Shown one piece after another: positions 10,054-19,107 of a DNA stretch of 64,000 nucleotides. Within the stretch, counting starts at the first letter, position 1. Each line of letters opens with the position of its first letter. The position numbers and the translations under genes were made by a program. Origin of the DNA: Vulcanimicrobiota bacterium. Its GTDB lineage: Bacteria; Vulcanimicrobiota; Vulcanimicrobiia; Vulcanimicrobiales; Vulcanimicrobiaceae. The DNA is taken from positions 800,001 to 864,000 of the forward strand of contig CAVZQC010000002.1 of the NCBI GenBank assembly GCA_963777315.1, written 5' to 3'. Below the pieces are notes generated by a model that saw only the letters and a list, made by a program, of their open reading frames with translations, was not told the DNA's origin and made no database searches.

Positions 10054-10855
10054 CGTGCTTCTCGTTCACCCGCAATACGGCCGGCATGAGATCATTTCGA
10101 TCGCACCGGACGCAAAGGGCTGGAACTACGTGCACTTCAGCGCCCTGCGTCTTGCGTTGGGAGCATTGCATGCCGGCAATACCGGGGGCAACGAGGTGCT
10201 GATCGTCCTTATCGGCGGAACGGCAAAAATTCAATGCGGCGATGCATGTTGGGACAGGGTCGGGAGCCGCGTGACCCCCTTCGCGGGGCCGCCGGAGGCA
10301 GTCTATCTGCCGGCGCAATCCGATTACGAAATTCAGGCCATGACCGATTGCGAAGTCGCCGTCTGCGGTGCCGTTGCTCGAGGCGCTGCGCGAAGCGCGC
10401 GGTTCATCAAATTGAGTCAAGGTGATGCGCGAGGCCGCGGCACCGGAAACGCCCAGCGAACGATTTACAACATCCTCATGGGCGAGGATGAAGCCTCCAC
10501 GCTGTTCGTCACCGAAGTCCTCACGCCACCCGGAAACTGGTCGAGTTATCCTCCGCACAAACACGATACGGACAATCCGCCCACCGAGTCCGCCCTGGAA
10601 GAACTGTATTATTATCGCGCGATGCCGGCCCCCGGTTTCGCGTTCCAGCGGATCTACACCAAAGACGGCGAGCTGGATGAAACGGTTACCGCACACGATC
10701 GGGACGTCGTGCTGGTGCCGCGCGGTTACCATGTTTGCGCTGCGGCTGCGGAATACGCAATCTACTATCTCAACGTCCTGGCCGGACCGAAACACGTGTA
10801 TCACATGACCTTCGATCCGGATCATGAGTGGATACGCAAAGGCTGGACGTGGTGA
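10037..10855 (+). CDS. iolB: 5-deoxy-glucuronate isomerase
   Basis: GNWSSYPPHKHD, LEELYYY, VPRGYH, YYLNVLAGP. Alternative start GTG 10055. Confidence 0.93.
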   Translation: MLKAGSVLLVHPQYGRHEIISIAPDAKGWNYVHFSALRLALGALHAGNTGGNEVLIVLIGGTAKIQCGDACWDRVGSRVTPFAGPPEAVYLPAQSDYEIQAMTDCEVAVCGAVARGAARSARFIKLSQGDARGRGTGNAQRTIYNILMGEDEASTLFVTEVLTPPGNWSSYPPHKHDTDNPPTESALEELYYYRAMPAPGFAFQRIYTKDGELDETVTAHDRDVVLVPRGYHVCAAAAEYAIYYLNVLAGPKHVYHMTFDPDHEWIRKGWTW

Positions 10856-11730
10856 GCGCGATGCACGTCGGAACTGCGTCCGTGAACTGGGGCTTCGATC
10901 CGTTCTACACCTGGGCTACGACACCGCCGTTCGGCCGGATGCTCGACGAGATGGCGCTCGCGGGCTACGAGGGAACGGAGATCAGCTATAACTTCCCCGA
11001 CGACAGCGCGCTTCTGCGCGAAGAGCTGCAGCGTAGGAACCTGCGTCCGGCGGGAACTTTTCATGCCGTAAACCTGCGCGATCGCGCGAATCACGACGCA
11101 GCGCTCGAGAGTTCGCTGCGCGTCGGGCGGCGCTTGCGAGATCTCGGATCGGACGTTCTAATCCTCTCGGATTATGCTACGCCGCAACGCATGCAAATCG
11201 GGGGCCGCGTAACGCCGGACGACATGCTGGACAGGGCGGTGTGGCCGGTCATGGCGGAAGGTCTGCACCGTATCGCCCAAGCGCTGCGCGCATTAGGAAT
11301 TCGCGCGGTGTTTCACCCGCACGTCGGCACGTACGTCGAAACGCTTGCGGAGATCGAGCGGCTGTGTGAAGTCACCGATCCGGCGCTCATTGCGCTGTGC
11401 CCGGACACCGGCCACTTGGCGTACGCGGGCGCGGATCCGAATCGGATATTCACCGACTATCGCGATCGCATCGGCTACGTGCATTTGAAAGACGTCGATC
11501 CGGCAACGCTCCAACGCGTGCGCAGCGAGCGAATCGGTTTTACGGAGGCCGTCAGAATGGGCATGTTCGTCGAACTTGGCACGGGGATGGTGGATGCCGC
11601 GCGAATCATCAAATCGCTGCGGGAAGCAAGGTACAGCGGGTGGATCGTCGTCGAACAAGACGCGCCGCGCGAACCGCTCGCATCGGCGACGGCGAACCGG
11701 CGCTATTTGCGCGAGCGGTGTGCGATATGA
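10852..11730 (+). CDS. iolE: Myo-inosose-2 dehydratase-like TIM barrel
   Basis: GYEGTE, FHPHVGTYVET, DTGH, HLKD, FVELGTG, GWIVVEQD; GTGA overlap with the iolB stop. Confidence 0.8.
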   Translation: MSAMHVGTASVNWGFDPFYTWATTPPFGRMLDEMALAGYEGTEISYNFPDDSALLREELQRRNLRPAGTFHAVNLRDRANHDAALESSLRVGRRLRDLGSDVLILSDYATPQRMQIGGRVTPDDMLDRAVWPVMAEGLHRIAQALRALGIRAVFHPHVGTYVETLAEIERLCEVTDPALIALCPDTGHLAYAGADPNRIFTDYRDRIGYVHLKDVDPATLQRVRSERIGFTEAVRMGMFVELGTGMVDAARIIKSLREARYSGWIVVEQDAPREPLASATANRRYLRERCAI

Positions 11731-12563
11731 ACGCCGATCGAATCCCGGCGATCGCGAATGAACTGCGGCGCCGCGTTCTGAGCGCCGTCCAGCACGCCGG
11801 CGCCGGACATATCGGCGGCGTTCTCTCGGCAGCGGAGATGCTGGCAGCGCTTTACTTTCACGTGCTGCGCATCGATCCGGCGCGCCCGGACTGGCCGGAT
11901 CGCGATCGCTTCATTCTTTCTAAGGGCCATTGCGCGATCGGACTGTACGCGGTACTCGCGTTGCGCGGATATTTCGACATCGAAGAACTCGACCGGTTCG
12001 ACGCGATCGATTCACCGCTGCAAGGCCATCCCGACATGACGAAGGCGCCCGGGCTCGACATGTCGACCGGTTCACTCGGGCAGGGACTCTCGCCGGGCCT
12101 GGGCATGGCGCTCGCCGCACGGAAGTTGGGCCGCGCGTTTCGTACCTGGGTCATGCTCGGCGACGGCGAGATCCAGGAAGGGCAGATTTGGGAGGCGGCT
12201 TTCTGCGCTTCGCGTTATCAAGCCGACACTTTGACCGCGATTTTGGATTGGAATCATCTGCAGCAGTTCGGCTGGGCAACCGCGGACGGCTACGCCTCCA
12301 TCGCGCGGCGCGACCCGACCGACGATCCGCGCGCAAAGTGGGAAGCGTTCGGCTGGAACGTGCTCGAATGCGACGGCCACGATGCGTCCGCTTTTATTGA
12401 CGCCTGCGACGCGGCGTCGGCAACTCGCGGAAAACCGTCGATCATCATCGCGCACACGATCAAGGGCAAGGGCGTATCGTTTATGGAGAACGACTACACA
12501 TGGCATTCGCGCCCCCTATCCGACGCCGACGTTGCGCGCGCGTTTGCGGAGCTGCGAGGCTGA
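11727..12563 (+). CDS. Split transketolase, N-terminal (TPP-binding) subunit
   Basis: GHIGG, DRDRFILSKGH, LQGHP, STGSLGQG, GDGEIQEG, HTIKGKG; ATGA overlap with iolE. Confidence 0.93.
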   Translation: MNADRIPAIANELRRRVLSAVQHAGAGHIGGVLSAAEMLAALYFHVLRIDPARPDWPDRDRFILSKGHCAIGLYAVLALRGYFDIEELDRFDAIDSPLQGHPDMTKAPGLDMSTGSLGQGLSPGLGMALAARKLGRAFRTWVMLGDGEIQEGQIWEAAFCASRYQADTLTAILDWNHLQQFGWATADGYASIARRDPTDDPRAKWEAFGWNVLECDGHDASAFIDACDAASATRGKPSIIIAHTIKGKGVSFMENDYTWHSRPLSDADVARAFAELRG

Positions 12564-12564
12564 T

Positions 12565-13494
12565 ATGACGGCTCAGCGCGACGTCTTCGGCGAAACGCTC
12601 GTAGAATTGTGCGCGTCGGATGCGCGCGTGGTGGTGCTTGACGGCGATCTTGCGAATTCCACGAAGTCGGACAAAGTTGCGGCAGCGCGGCCCGACCGAT
12701 TCTTCATGCTCGGCATCGCGGAGCAAAATCTTGCCGGCGTAGCGGCCGGAATGGCGACGGTGGGGCTCGTTCCTTGGGTCAGTTCCTTCGCGGCGTTTCT
12801 GGCGACGCGCGATCTCGATCAGATTCGCGTCGTCGTCGCGCAGCCTCGGCTGAACGTCAAGTTCGCCGCGCATTACAGCGGCATTCTGACCGGATTTACC
12901 GGCAAGACCCATCAGGTCGTGAACGATATCGCGATCATGCGCACGCTGCCGAACATGACGGTGATCGCTCCCTGCGACGGACCGGAGGCGCGCGAAGCGA
13001 TTCTCGCCGCCACGCAATTTGACGGACCGGTCTACATGCGGCTGACGCGCGATCCGGTTGCGACGGTAACGCAAGCGGGGCGCCGCTTTACCATCGGCAG
13101 CGCGGTGTTTCTGCGTGAAGGTGGCGACTTGGGACTCATTGCCACGGGCGCGCAAACCGTTCGCGCGATGGAAGCGGCAGCGTTGCTCGCGGCCGATGGC
13201 ATCGGCGCCGGCGTTCTGCACGTACCGACGATCAAGCCGCTCGACGAAGCGGCGATTCTGGATTTCGCGCGCTCGGTCTCGTGCGTCCTCACGTGCGAAG
13301 AGCATTCGATACTCGGCGGTTTGGGCGGCGCCGTTGCGGAAGTTCTCGCGGCACGTTTGCCGATGCGCGTGGAGCGCCTCGGGCTTGCGGACGTCGACGG
13401 AGAGAGCGCGCCCAACGATGCGCTGCTGGAGAAGTATGGTCTCACGCCGCAGCATATCGCAAGACGCGCGCGAGCCTTGCTGGCCGTGGCATGA
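12565..13494 (+). CDS. Split transketolase, C-terminal subunit
   Basis: GIAEQN, GKTHQ, GPVYMRLTR, TIKPLD, EEHSILGGLG. Confidence 0.93.
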   Translation: MTAQRDVFGETLVELCASDARVVVLDGDLANSTKSDKVAAARPDRFFMLGIAEQNLAGVAAGMATVGLVPWVSSFAAFLATRDLDQIRVVVAQPRLNVKFAAHYSGILTGFTGKTHQVVNDIAIMRTLPNMTVIAPCDGPEAREAILAATQFDGPVYMRLTRDPVATVTQAGRRFTIGSAVFLREGGDLGLIATGAQTVRAMEAAALLAADGIGAGVLHVPTIKPLDEAAILDFARSVSCVLTCEEHSILGGLGGAVAEVLAARLPMRVERLGLADVDGESAPNDALLEKYGLTPQHIARRARALLAVA

Positions 13495-14594
13495 GCGCGG
13501 CGATTGCGGTGCTGCCCGGAGACGGCATCGGCCCGGAGGTTATCGCGCAAGCCGTGCGCGTGCTGCGAAGCGTTCGTCCCGACGTCGAATGCATTGAAGC
13601 GCAAGTCGGAGGCGCCGCGCTCCGAGCCGGGCAAACGCCTCTTCCCGATGACGTTCGAGCGCTGTGCGACCGCAGCGACGCGATTCTGTTCGGTGCCGTC
13701 GGCGACGCCGAATTCGATACTGGACCGTTTGAAAGCAGGCCGGAGGCCGCGCTGTTCGCGCTGCGGCGCGATTACGGCTTGTTTGCGAATTTGCGGCCGG
13801 TGCGGGTGTATCCGGGCCTCGAGCCTGCCTCGTCACTGCACGCCACGCTCATCAAGGATTTGGATCTGATCGTGGTGCGCGAACTGACCGGCGGCATCTA
13901 TTTCGGCGCACCGAAAGAACGCGGCGTCGACGCCGGAGGCATGCGCTGGGCCGTCGACACGATGCGCTATACCGCCGGTGAAGTCGAACGCATTGCGCGC
14001 GTAGCGTTCGAACTGGCGCGGATGCGCCGCAAGCGCGTCACCTCGGTCGACAAGCATAACATTCTCGCCACGTCGCGTCTGTGGCGTGAAGTCGTCGTTG
14101 AGGTTGCGCGATCGTATCCCGACGTGCAGCTCGAGCACTTGCTCGTCGACAACGCTTCGATGCAGCTCGTGCGCCGGCCGGCCGAGTTCGACGTTATCGT
14201 GACCGAAAACATGTTCGGCGACATTCTTTCGGACGAGGCGGCGATTTTAACCGGCTCGATTGGAAATCTGCCCAGCGCGAGCCTGACTGCGGGTGAGCCC
14301 GGGCGCACCTTCGGCATGTACGAGCCGATCGGCGGAACGGCGCCGGATATCGCCGGCAAAGGCATCGCCAATCCCGCCGCAGCGATCCTTTCGGCGGCGC
14401 TGCTGCTTCGCCACAGTTTGCATGATGACGGCTCGGCCGCACGCATCGAGGGTGCGGTGGAACGCGCATTTGCAGATGGAATACGAACGGCCGATCTTAC
14501 GCGCGGCGGCGAAGACCGCGTAACGTGCGCCGCATTCGGCAACGCCGTGCTCGCGCGGTTGGAGTCACCGGCGCTCGACGGCGTTCGGGAATAA
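13491..14594 (+). CDS. leuB: 3-isopropylmalate dehydrogenase (LeuB; beta-decarboxylating dehydrogenase family)
   Basis: LPGDGIGPEV, RPEAALFALR, ANLRP, VRELTGGIYFG, VDKHN, NMFGDILSD, YEPIGGTAPDIAGKGIANP; ATGA overlap with the transketolase. Confidence 0.88.
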   Translation: MSAAIAVLPGDGIGPEVIAQAVRVLRSVRPDVECIEAQVGGAALRAGQTPLPDDVRALCDRSDAILFGAVGDAEFDTGPFESRPEAALFALRRDYGLFANLRPVRVYPGLEPASSLHATLIKDLDLIVVRELTGGIYFGAPKERGVDAGGMRWAVDTMRYTAGEVERIARVAFELARMRRKRVTSVDKHNILATSRLWREVVVEVARSYPDVQLEHLLVDNASMQLVRRPAEFDVIVTENMFGDILSDEAAILTGSIGNLPSASLTAGEPGRTFGMYEPIGGTAPDIAGKGIANPAAAILSAALLLRHSLHDDGSAARIEGAVERAFADGIRTADLTRGGEDRVTCAAFGNAVLARLESPALDGVRE

Positions 14595-14629
14595 ACGCAC
14601 CAGCAGCAGCGCCCTCCGCGTGGGACCGT

Positions 14630-14683
14630 CTCTACAAAATCTGTAGAGGATCGCTTTACTCCATAAAAAACATGGAGTACACT
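14630..14683 (+). promoter_or_regulatory. TA promoter with two inverted-repeat operators
   Basis: CTCTACA-N5-TGTAGAG (14630-14648) and TACTCCAT-N7-ATGGAGTA (14657-14679); -35 TTTACT (14655), 17 nt spacer, -10 TACACT (14678). Confidence 0.65.
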
Positions 14684-14697
14684 ACGGGAGAGGTACG

Positions 14698-15129
14698 ATG
14701 ACCGCAATGGCCGCGATTAAATCCGCGAAACTCCCCACCGGTGTCCCACGCTGGCTTTCCACCAGCGAGGTAATCCGGCTCAAACCGCGTGCCGCGAATG
14801 CTTTTACTACCGAACCGAAACTCGAGCGGCTCATCGAAGCGCTCGGCTCCAACGGCGCGGCGGACGTGCTCGGCATTGATCGCTCGCAGCTGAGCCGGTG
14901 CGCACGCGGCAAAGAGGGCATCAGCCAGGAACTTGCGCGACGGATCTCAGACGTCGAATACGTCCTCGAGCGAGCCGTGCAAACGATGAACGCCGAAGCG
15001 ATCGGACCGTGGCTGACCGCGCCTGAGCCGCTACTCGGCGACCGCGTACCGCTCAACGTGCTCGCCAAAGAGGGACCGACGCCGGTGGTCAACGCGCTTG
15101 AAGCCATCTACGCCGGGGTTCTCGTGTGA
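14698..15129 (+). CDS. Antitoxin, Xre/MbcA/ParS family
   Basis: HTH (AADVLGIDRSQLSR) plus C-terminal WLTAPEPLLGDRVPLNVL motif; directly upstream of the RES gene. Confidence 0.82.
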   Translation: MTAMAAIKSAKLPTGVPRWLSTSEVIRLKPRAANAFTTEPKLERLIEALGSNGAADVLGIDRSQLSRCARGKEGISQELARRISDVEYVLERAVQTMNAEAIGPWLTAPEPLLGDRVPLNVLAKEGPTPVVNALEAIYAGVLV

Positions 15130-15725
15130 GGCTCTACCGCGTCCTTTACTACCTGCAAGGCGCCGCCCCAACCGACAAGGGCGGCGTTCTTTATATCCCG
15201 CCCCAGGCCGGTCCCGGACGCATCAACAATCCGGAAGACTACGAAGCGCTGTACGTCGGCGGCAGTCCGGCGGGTGTCTGCGCCGAGGTATTCTATCGCG
15301 GAAGGTACCGAATTAGCTGGACCGATGAAATGCTCACGCCCCTCCCCAACGGCAGCCGCCGCGTGCTGGCGTGGTACGAGATACCGGACGACGCGCCGAT
15401 CTGCGACTTGAACGACCCGAACGAACTGCTGGCTCGCAATTTGCGCCCCGCGGAGATCGTCACGCGCGACTATTCCGTAATCCGGCAGTGGGCGCTGCGG
15501 ATCTTCCGCGAGAACCAGTACGCCGGCGTTTCGTGGTGGTCGTACTGCGATGCGCGCTGGGCCACGTATGGCCTCTGGGAGCGCAGTATCGTCCAGCAAT
15601 GGGGCTTTGACGAATTAAACCTCAGCCACCGGGCCATGGTCGAAGCCGCCGGCGTCCTGGATGTCGCGATCGTCCCGGCGCGTCCGCCAGCCGAAGCGCC
15701 GCCCCTGAAAGAACCTCTACGATAA
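15126..15725 (+). CDS. RES-domain toxin (NAD+ phosphorylase family)
   Basis: LYR, GRINNP..Y.ALY.G.S....AE, GVSWWS RES pattern; GTGA overlap with the antitoxin. Confidence 0.82.
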   Translation: MRLYRVLYYLQGAAPTDKGGVLYIPPQAGPGRINNPEDYEALYVGGSPAGVCAEVFYRGRYRISWTDEMLTPLPNGSRRVLAWYEIPDDAPICDLNDPNELLARNLRPAEIVTRDYSVIRQWALRIFRENQYAGVSWWSYCDARWATYGLWERSIVQQWGFDELNLSHRAMVEAAGVLDVAIVPARPPAEAPPLKEPLR

Positions 15726-15762
15726 AAGCTTGGTCTTTTGTGCCCGCCATGTTCTTCCCGAA

Positions 15763-16638
15763 TTACGGGCTCTTGGCGCGCGGTTCAACGAGCTCAAACA
15801 AGAAGTTATCTTCCCCACTCGGGTTGAGAAGGGCGCGTTCGGCTTGCGTCATCGGGCGATCCGCGACTTTCGAGCGCACCCGTCCCTCGTCTTCGAGCGC
15901 GATCAGGTATGCGAGGATCTGACGCGCTGCAGCCGGTTGCAGGACGGCGCTCGTGTCGCGATAGATCCGCTCGACCAATTGCGGAATGGTCGCCGCGCCG
16001 CCCGCGAGCTGCGCGAGAATTTCGCGCTCGCGCGACTGGCGGTGTTCGATGTAGTCGCGCAGCTTCGCGCGCGGATCGGTAACGGGCTGACCGTGGCCGC
16101 CGTAGATGACGCGCGCGTTGCCGAACTCTTCGAGTAAGCGCTCCAAGGTGCGCTGATAGGCGCGCATGGATCCATCGGGCGGTGCGATGACGACGTAACC
16201 TTTGCCTAGCACGACGTCGCCGGCGAATAGCGCGCCCTCGCGTTCGTCGTAGAAGACCAGATGGTCGAACGTGTGCCCGGGCGTTTCGATCGCGCGTACG
16301 TTCGACGTGCCGACGGTCAGCATTTCGCCCTCGTGCAGCGAACGATCGTGCGCGAACGCGGTTTGGTAGTGGGCCGCTATCGGTGCGCCGGTGCGCGCTT
16401 TGAGCGCGATCGCAGCGGGAGCATGGTCGGGATGCGAATGGGTCAGACAGATCGCACGTATGGTGCAGTGCAGAGCTGCGGCGCAATCGAGGAGGGCCTG
16501 GACGTGGCGCTCGATGGCTGGGCCGGGATCGACACAGAGCGCTTCGCCGTTCCCGCAATCGACGACGTAACTGTTGGTTCCGTCCAAGGTCATCGCGGAA
16601 GGATTGGGCGCGCGGACCGTCCGGATTCGCGAGCTCAC
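15763..16638 (-). CDS. MBL-fold metallo-hydrolase (LACTB2-like, C-terminal winged helix)
   Basis: APNPSAMTLDGTN, THSHPDH, TPGHTFDH, GDVVLG, GGHG; GTG start overlaps the NUDIX stop. Confidence 0.9.
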   Translation of the reverse strand: MSSRIRTVRAPNPSAMTLDGTNSYVVDCGNGEALCVDPGPAIERHVQALLDCAAALHCTIRAICLTHSHPDHAPAAIALKARTGAPIAAHYQTAFAHDRSLHEGEMLTVGTSNVRAIETPGHTFDHLVFYDEREGALFAGDVVLGKGYVVIAPPDGSMRAYQRTLERLLEEFGNARVIYGGHGQPVTDPRAKLRDYIEHRQSREREILAQLAGGAATIPQLVERIYRDTSAVLQPAAARQILAYLIALEDEGRVRSKVADRPMTQAERALLNPSGEDNFLFELVEPRAKSP

Positions 16639-17450
16639 CACGCAAATTCCAAATCCGAAGGCAAAGAAAACCGGGTGCCGCCCGGAGCGTCGGGCATGAC
16701 GCTGTAGATCGTCTTGGCGCGAGCAAACCGTTCCAGTTCCGCGACGCTTTCGAATTGGGCGAGGCGCTCGATATGTTTGATCGTCGGATAAACCATGCGG
16801 AATTGCCCCAGTTCGTAACGCTCGAGCGCATCCTGCGGGGCGATCCACACGCCGTCGTGCGTTTCGTAGGCATCCGCTAAGGCAGTCTGATCGCGCGAAG
16901 CCGCCGCGACGAAAAAGTGTGCATTGTAGCGCCGGGGATACACCGGCGGCGTGATCCAATGCGAGAACAGCGCGAGCGCGGTGCCGTCGGCATAAACACC
17001 CAGTTCTTCCAGCAAAGCGGCAAACGGCAGATCGCCCGAATGCACCTCACTGCGCGCCTGGTGTAAACGCGTGCGGTTCGGCGCGAGATCGGCGTGCGAG
17101 AGTCTGCGTCCCCGCTCATCACATGCCAGTAGAACGCCGGCTTCTTCGAACAGCTCGCGCAGGGCTGCGATCAGCAGCCCCGCCCGGTTAGGTGCATCCG
17201 GCGGCCCGAGCGGAGCCGGAAACGCGGGCGCATGTTTGGCGCGAAACTGCGCTTCGAGCGCGGGCGGATCGATGCCGCGGGCTCGGGCAAACGCTTGCTG
17301 CGTAGTGTCGCTTGGCTCGAGCACCCCGCCCGGGAACACGTAGGCGTCCGGCACGAAATGGCTGGTTTCACTGCGCCGGAGCATGTAGACTTCGAACCGC
17401 TTTTCGCCCGCCGGGCGGACGAGCATGACCGTGGCCGCTAACCGAATCAC
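16635..17450 (-). CDS. NUDIX hydrolase (NUDT19-like)
   Basis: VFPGG ... AALRELFEEAG, HWITP...RRY.AHFF. Confidence 0.9.
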   Translation of the reverse strand: MIRLAATVMLVRPAGEKRFEVYMLRRSETSHFVPDAYVFPGGVLEPSDTTQQAFARARGIDPPALEAQFRAKHAPAFPAPLGPPDAPNRAGLLIAALRELFEEAGVLLACDERGRRLSHADLAPNRTRLHQARSEVHSGDLPFAALLEELGVYADGTALALFSHWITPPVYPRRYNAHFFVAAASRDQTALADAYETHDGVWIAPQDALERYELGQFRMVYPTIKHIERLAQFESVAELERFARAKTIYSVMPDAPGGTRFSLPSDLEFAW

Positions 17451-17488
17451 ATGGAACCTCGCCCGGCGCGCGCGCGTTGAGTGACCGT

Positions 17489-17908
17489 ATGAAAACGCGT
17501 TTTGTCGCCGGCTTGGCCGCCGTCCTGTTCGCGCTCGCGGCCAGCGTATCGGCGCACGCCCAGACGGCTCCTACGCCCGTTCCCACGGCAACGCCGGCTC
17601 CCAATCCCGTTCCAAGCGTTCCGGCCGGCATCGAACAAGACGCGATCAACGCTCTGGGCAACGTCGTCAAATCCGCGTTCGGCTGGAGCGACACGCAGGC
17701 GTACGGAACCGTGACGTTCTATCGCGGATACGAGATGCAAGTGCGCATGCAGCTCAATCGTTATCGCGAGATCCATCTGCACAAAGGAACGGTGATCAAT
17801 CCGCGCGGCTGGAACATCCAGCCCGGACAAACCGTCGACGTGCGCGGGCGCAACAATGCGGACGGTTCGCTGACCGCCGACACGATCGTCGTTCAAAACG
17901 CTCACTAG
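17489..17908 (+). CDS. Secreted hypothetical protein (possible OB-fold)
   Basis: Signal peptide ending AHA-Q, PTPVPTATP linker, C-terminal GQTVDVRG..NADGSLTADTI. Confidence 0.7.
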   Translation: MKTRFVAGLAAVLFALAASVSAHAQTAPTPVPTATPAPNPVPSVPAGIEQDAINALGNVVKSAFGWSDTQAYGTVTFYRGYEMQVRMQLNRYREIHLHKGTVINPRGWNIQPGQTVDVRGRNNADGSLTADTIVVQNAH

Positions 17909-17913
17909 CAGAC

Positions 17914-18342
17914 GTGCGAATCGCGCTGGGCAGCGATGAGTCCACCGAGCTCACTGCCGCTTTGGAACGCGAGCTGCAGGCTCGCGGCCACGATGCCGTT
18001 CGTTTCGGCGCGCTAGCACCCGGCGATGACGACGCGTGGCCCAGTGTAGGAAAGAACGTCGGCGAAGCGGTTGCACGCGGCCGATGTGCGAGCGGCATCG
18101 TCTGCTGTTCGACCGGTACCGGTGTAAGCATTGCAGCCAATAAAGTGCGCGGCGTTCGCGCGGCGCTGTGTGCCGATGCGCAAAGCGCAGCGGGCGCGCG
18201 CACTTGGAACGACGCAAACGTTCTGGCGTTGAGTTTGCAGCGTACGCCGGTCAGCGCCGTGCAAGGCATATTGGACGCTTGGTTTTCAACGCCGCCGACG
18301 CAGGATCCGAAGTATCGGCCCATGATCGATCGAGTGCTCTAG
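17914..18342 (+). CDS. RpiB/LacA/LacB sugar-phosphate isomerase
   Basis: IALGSD, CSTGTGVSIAANKV.GVRAA, WNDANVL. Confidence 0.9.
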   Translation: MRIALGSDESTELTAALERELQARGHDAVRFGALAPGDDDAWPSVGKNVGEAVARGRCASGIVCCSTGTGVSIAANKVRGVRAALCADAQSAAGARTWNDANVLALSLQRTPVSAVQGILDAWFSTPPTQDPKYRPMIDRVL

Positions 18343-18431
18343 CACCGGCGTAAATCCAAATCGCGCTGCGGCCCGTTGAAGAGACGTAATCGTTCTACTT
18401 TTCAACGGAGTACGCTCCGGAAAGGACTTGC

Positions 18432-19064
18432 ATGTTCTCCGTCCGCAAGCTTGCCGCACTGGCGGCATTTGCTGCGCTGTGCGCGCCGGTCGCCGCTATG
18501 GCGGCCCAAAATTCGATGATGTTCTCAGGGAAAACCATGCCCGACGTCACGATGCAGCCCTCACGTTTTTCGGGACCCGGCGTCTACACCGGCAAGCCCG
18601 CGCTTCAGGTAACGCTGGCCATGGTGATCGCCGGCGGCGGCCCGAATAATTTCAACACCGTCACGTTGCTCAAAGTTCTGACCGGCGACAAGTTCGATGC
18701 CGAAGTCGGCAAGCTCACCAAACAATACGGCAAGGCGAAAATCGGCAACTTCCTCAAAGTGTTCGACTACGTGGTAGCCGATTCGCTCAAAATCGCCGGT
18801 GAAAAGCACGTCGCTCTGCCGCGCACGCCGAGCCCCGATCCGCACAACGGACCGGCATTGGCCGCCGCATTGTGGTCGGCCGGTCAGACGGGCAACGGTT
18901 TTAACGTCGAAGTCATGCTCGACCGCGCCGTATCCCATCCGATCCACGTTCAAGTGATGAAGGACATCGATGCCAAATACGGCATCGCCGCCGATGCCGA
19001 CTACCACGCGATTCTCACGACCGCGATGCACGATCTCGCCGCCGTGTACAACTTGAAAAGCTGA
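18432..19064 (+). CDS. Secreted hypothetical protein, His-rich helical C-terminus
   Basis: Signal peptide, host-like codon usage, SD AAGGA; SHPIH...DYH...MHD. Confidence 0.75.
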   Translation: MFSVRKLAALAAFAALCAPVAAMAAQNSMMFSGKTMPDVTMQPSRFSGPGVYTGKPALQVTLAMVIAGGGPNNFNTVTLLKVLTGDKFDAEVGKLTKQYGKAKIGNFLKVFDYVVADSLKIAGEKHVALPRTPSPDPHNGPALAAALWSAGQTGNGFNVEVMLDRAVSHPIHVQVMKDIDAKYGIAADADYHAILTTAMHDLAAVYNLKS

Positions 19065-19076
19065 CGCCGCGCTACG

Positions 19077-19107
19077 GCAAGGGCCGCGCATATCACGCGG
19101 CCCTTGC
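19077..19107. terminator. 12-bp hairpin between convergent genes (probable terminator)
   Basis: GCAAGGGCCGCG-catatca-CGCGGCCCTTGC; no clear U-tract. Confidence 0.5.

Noticed and set aside
15763..17450. Coupled NUDIX plus MBL hydrolase next to the RES toxin as a novel defence unit
   Set aside because: This pair or fusion is widespread, has host-like composition, and is convergent with the TA genes.
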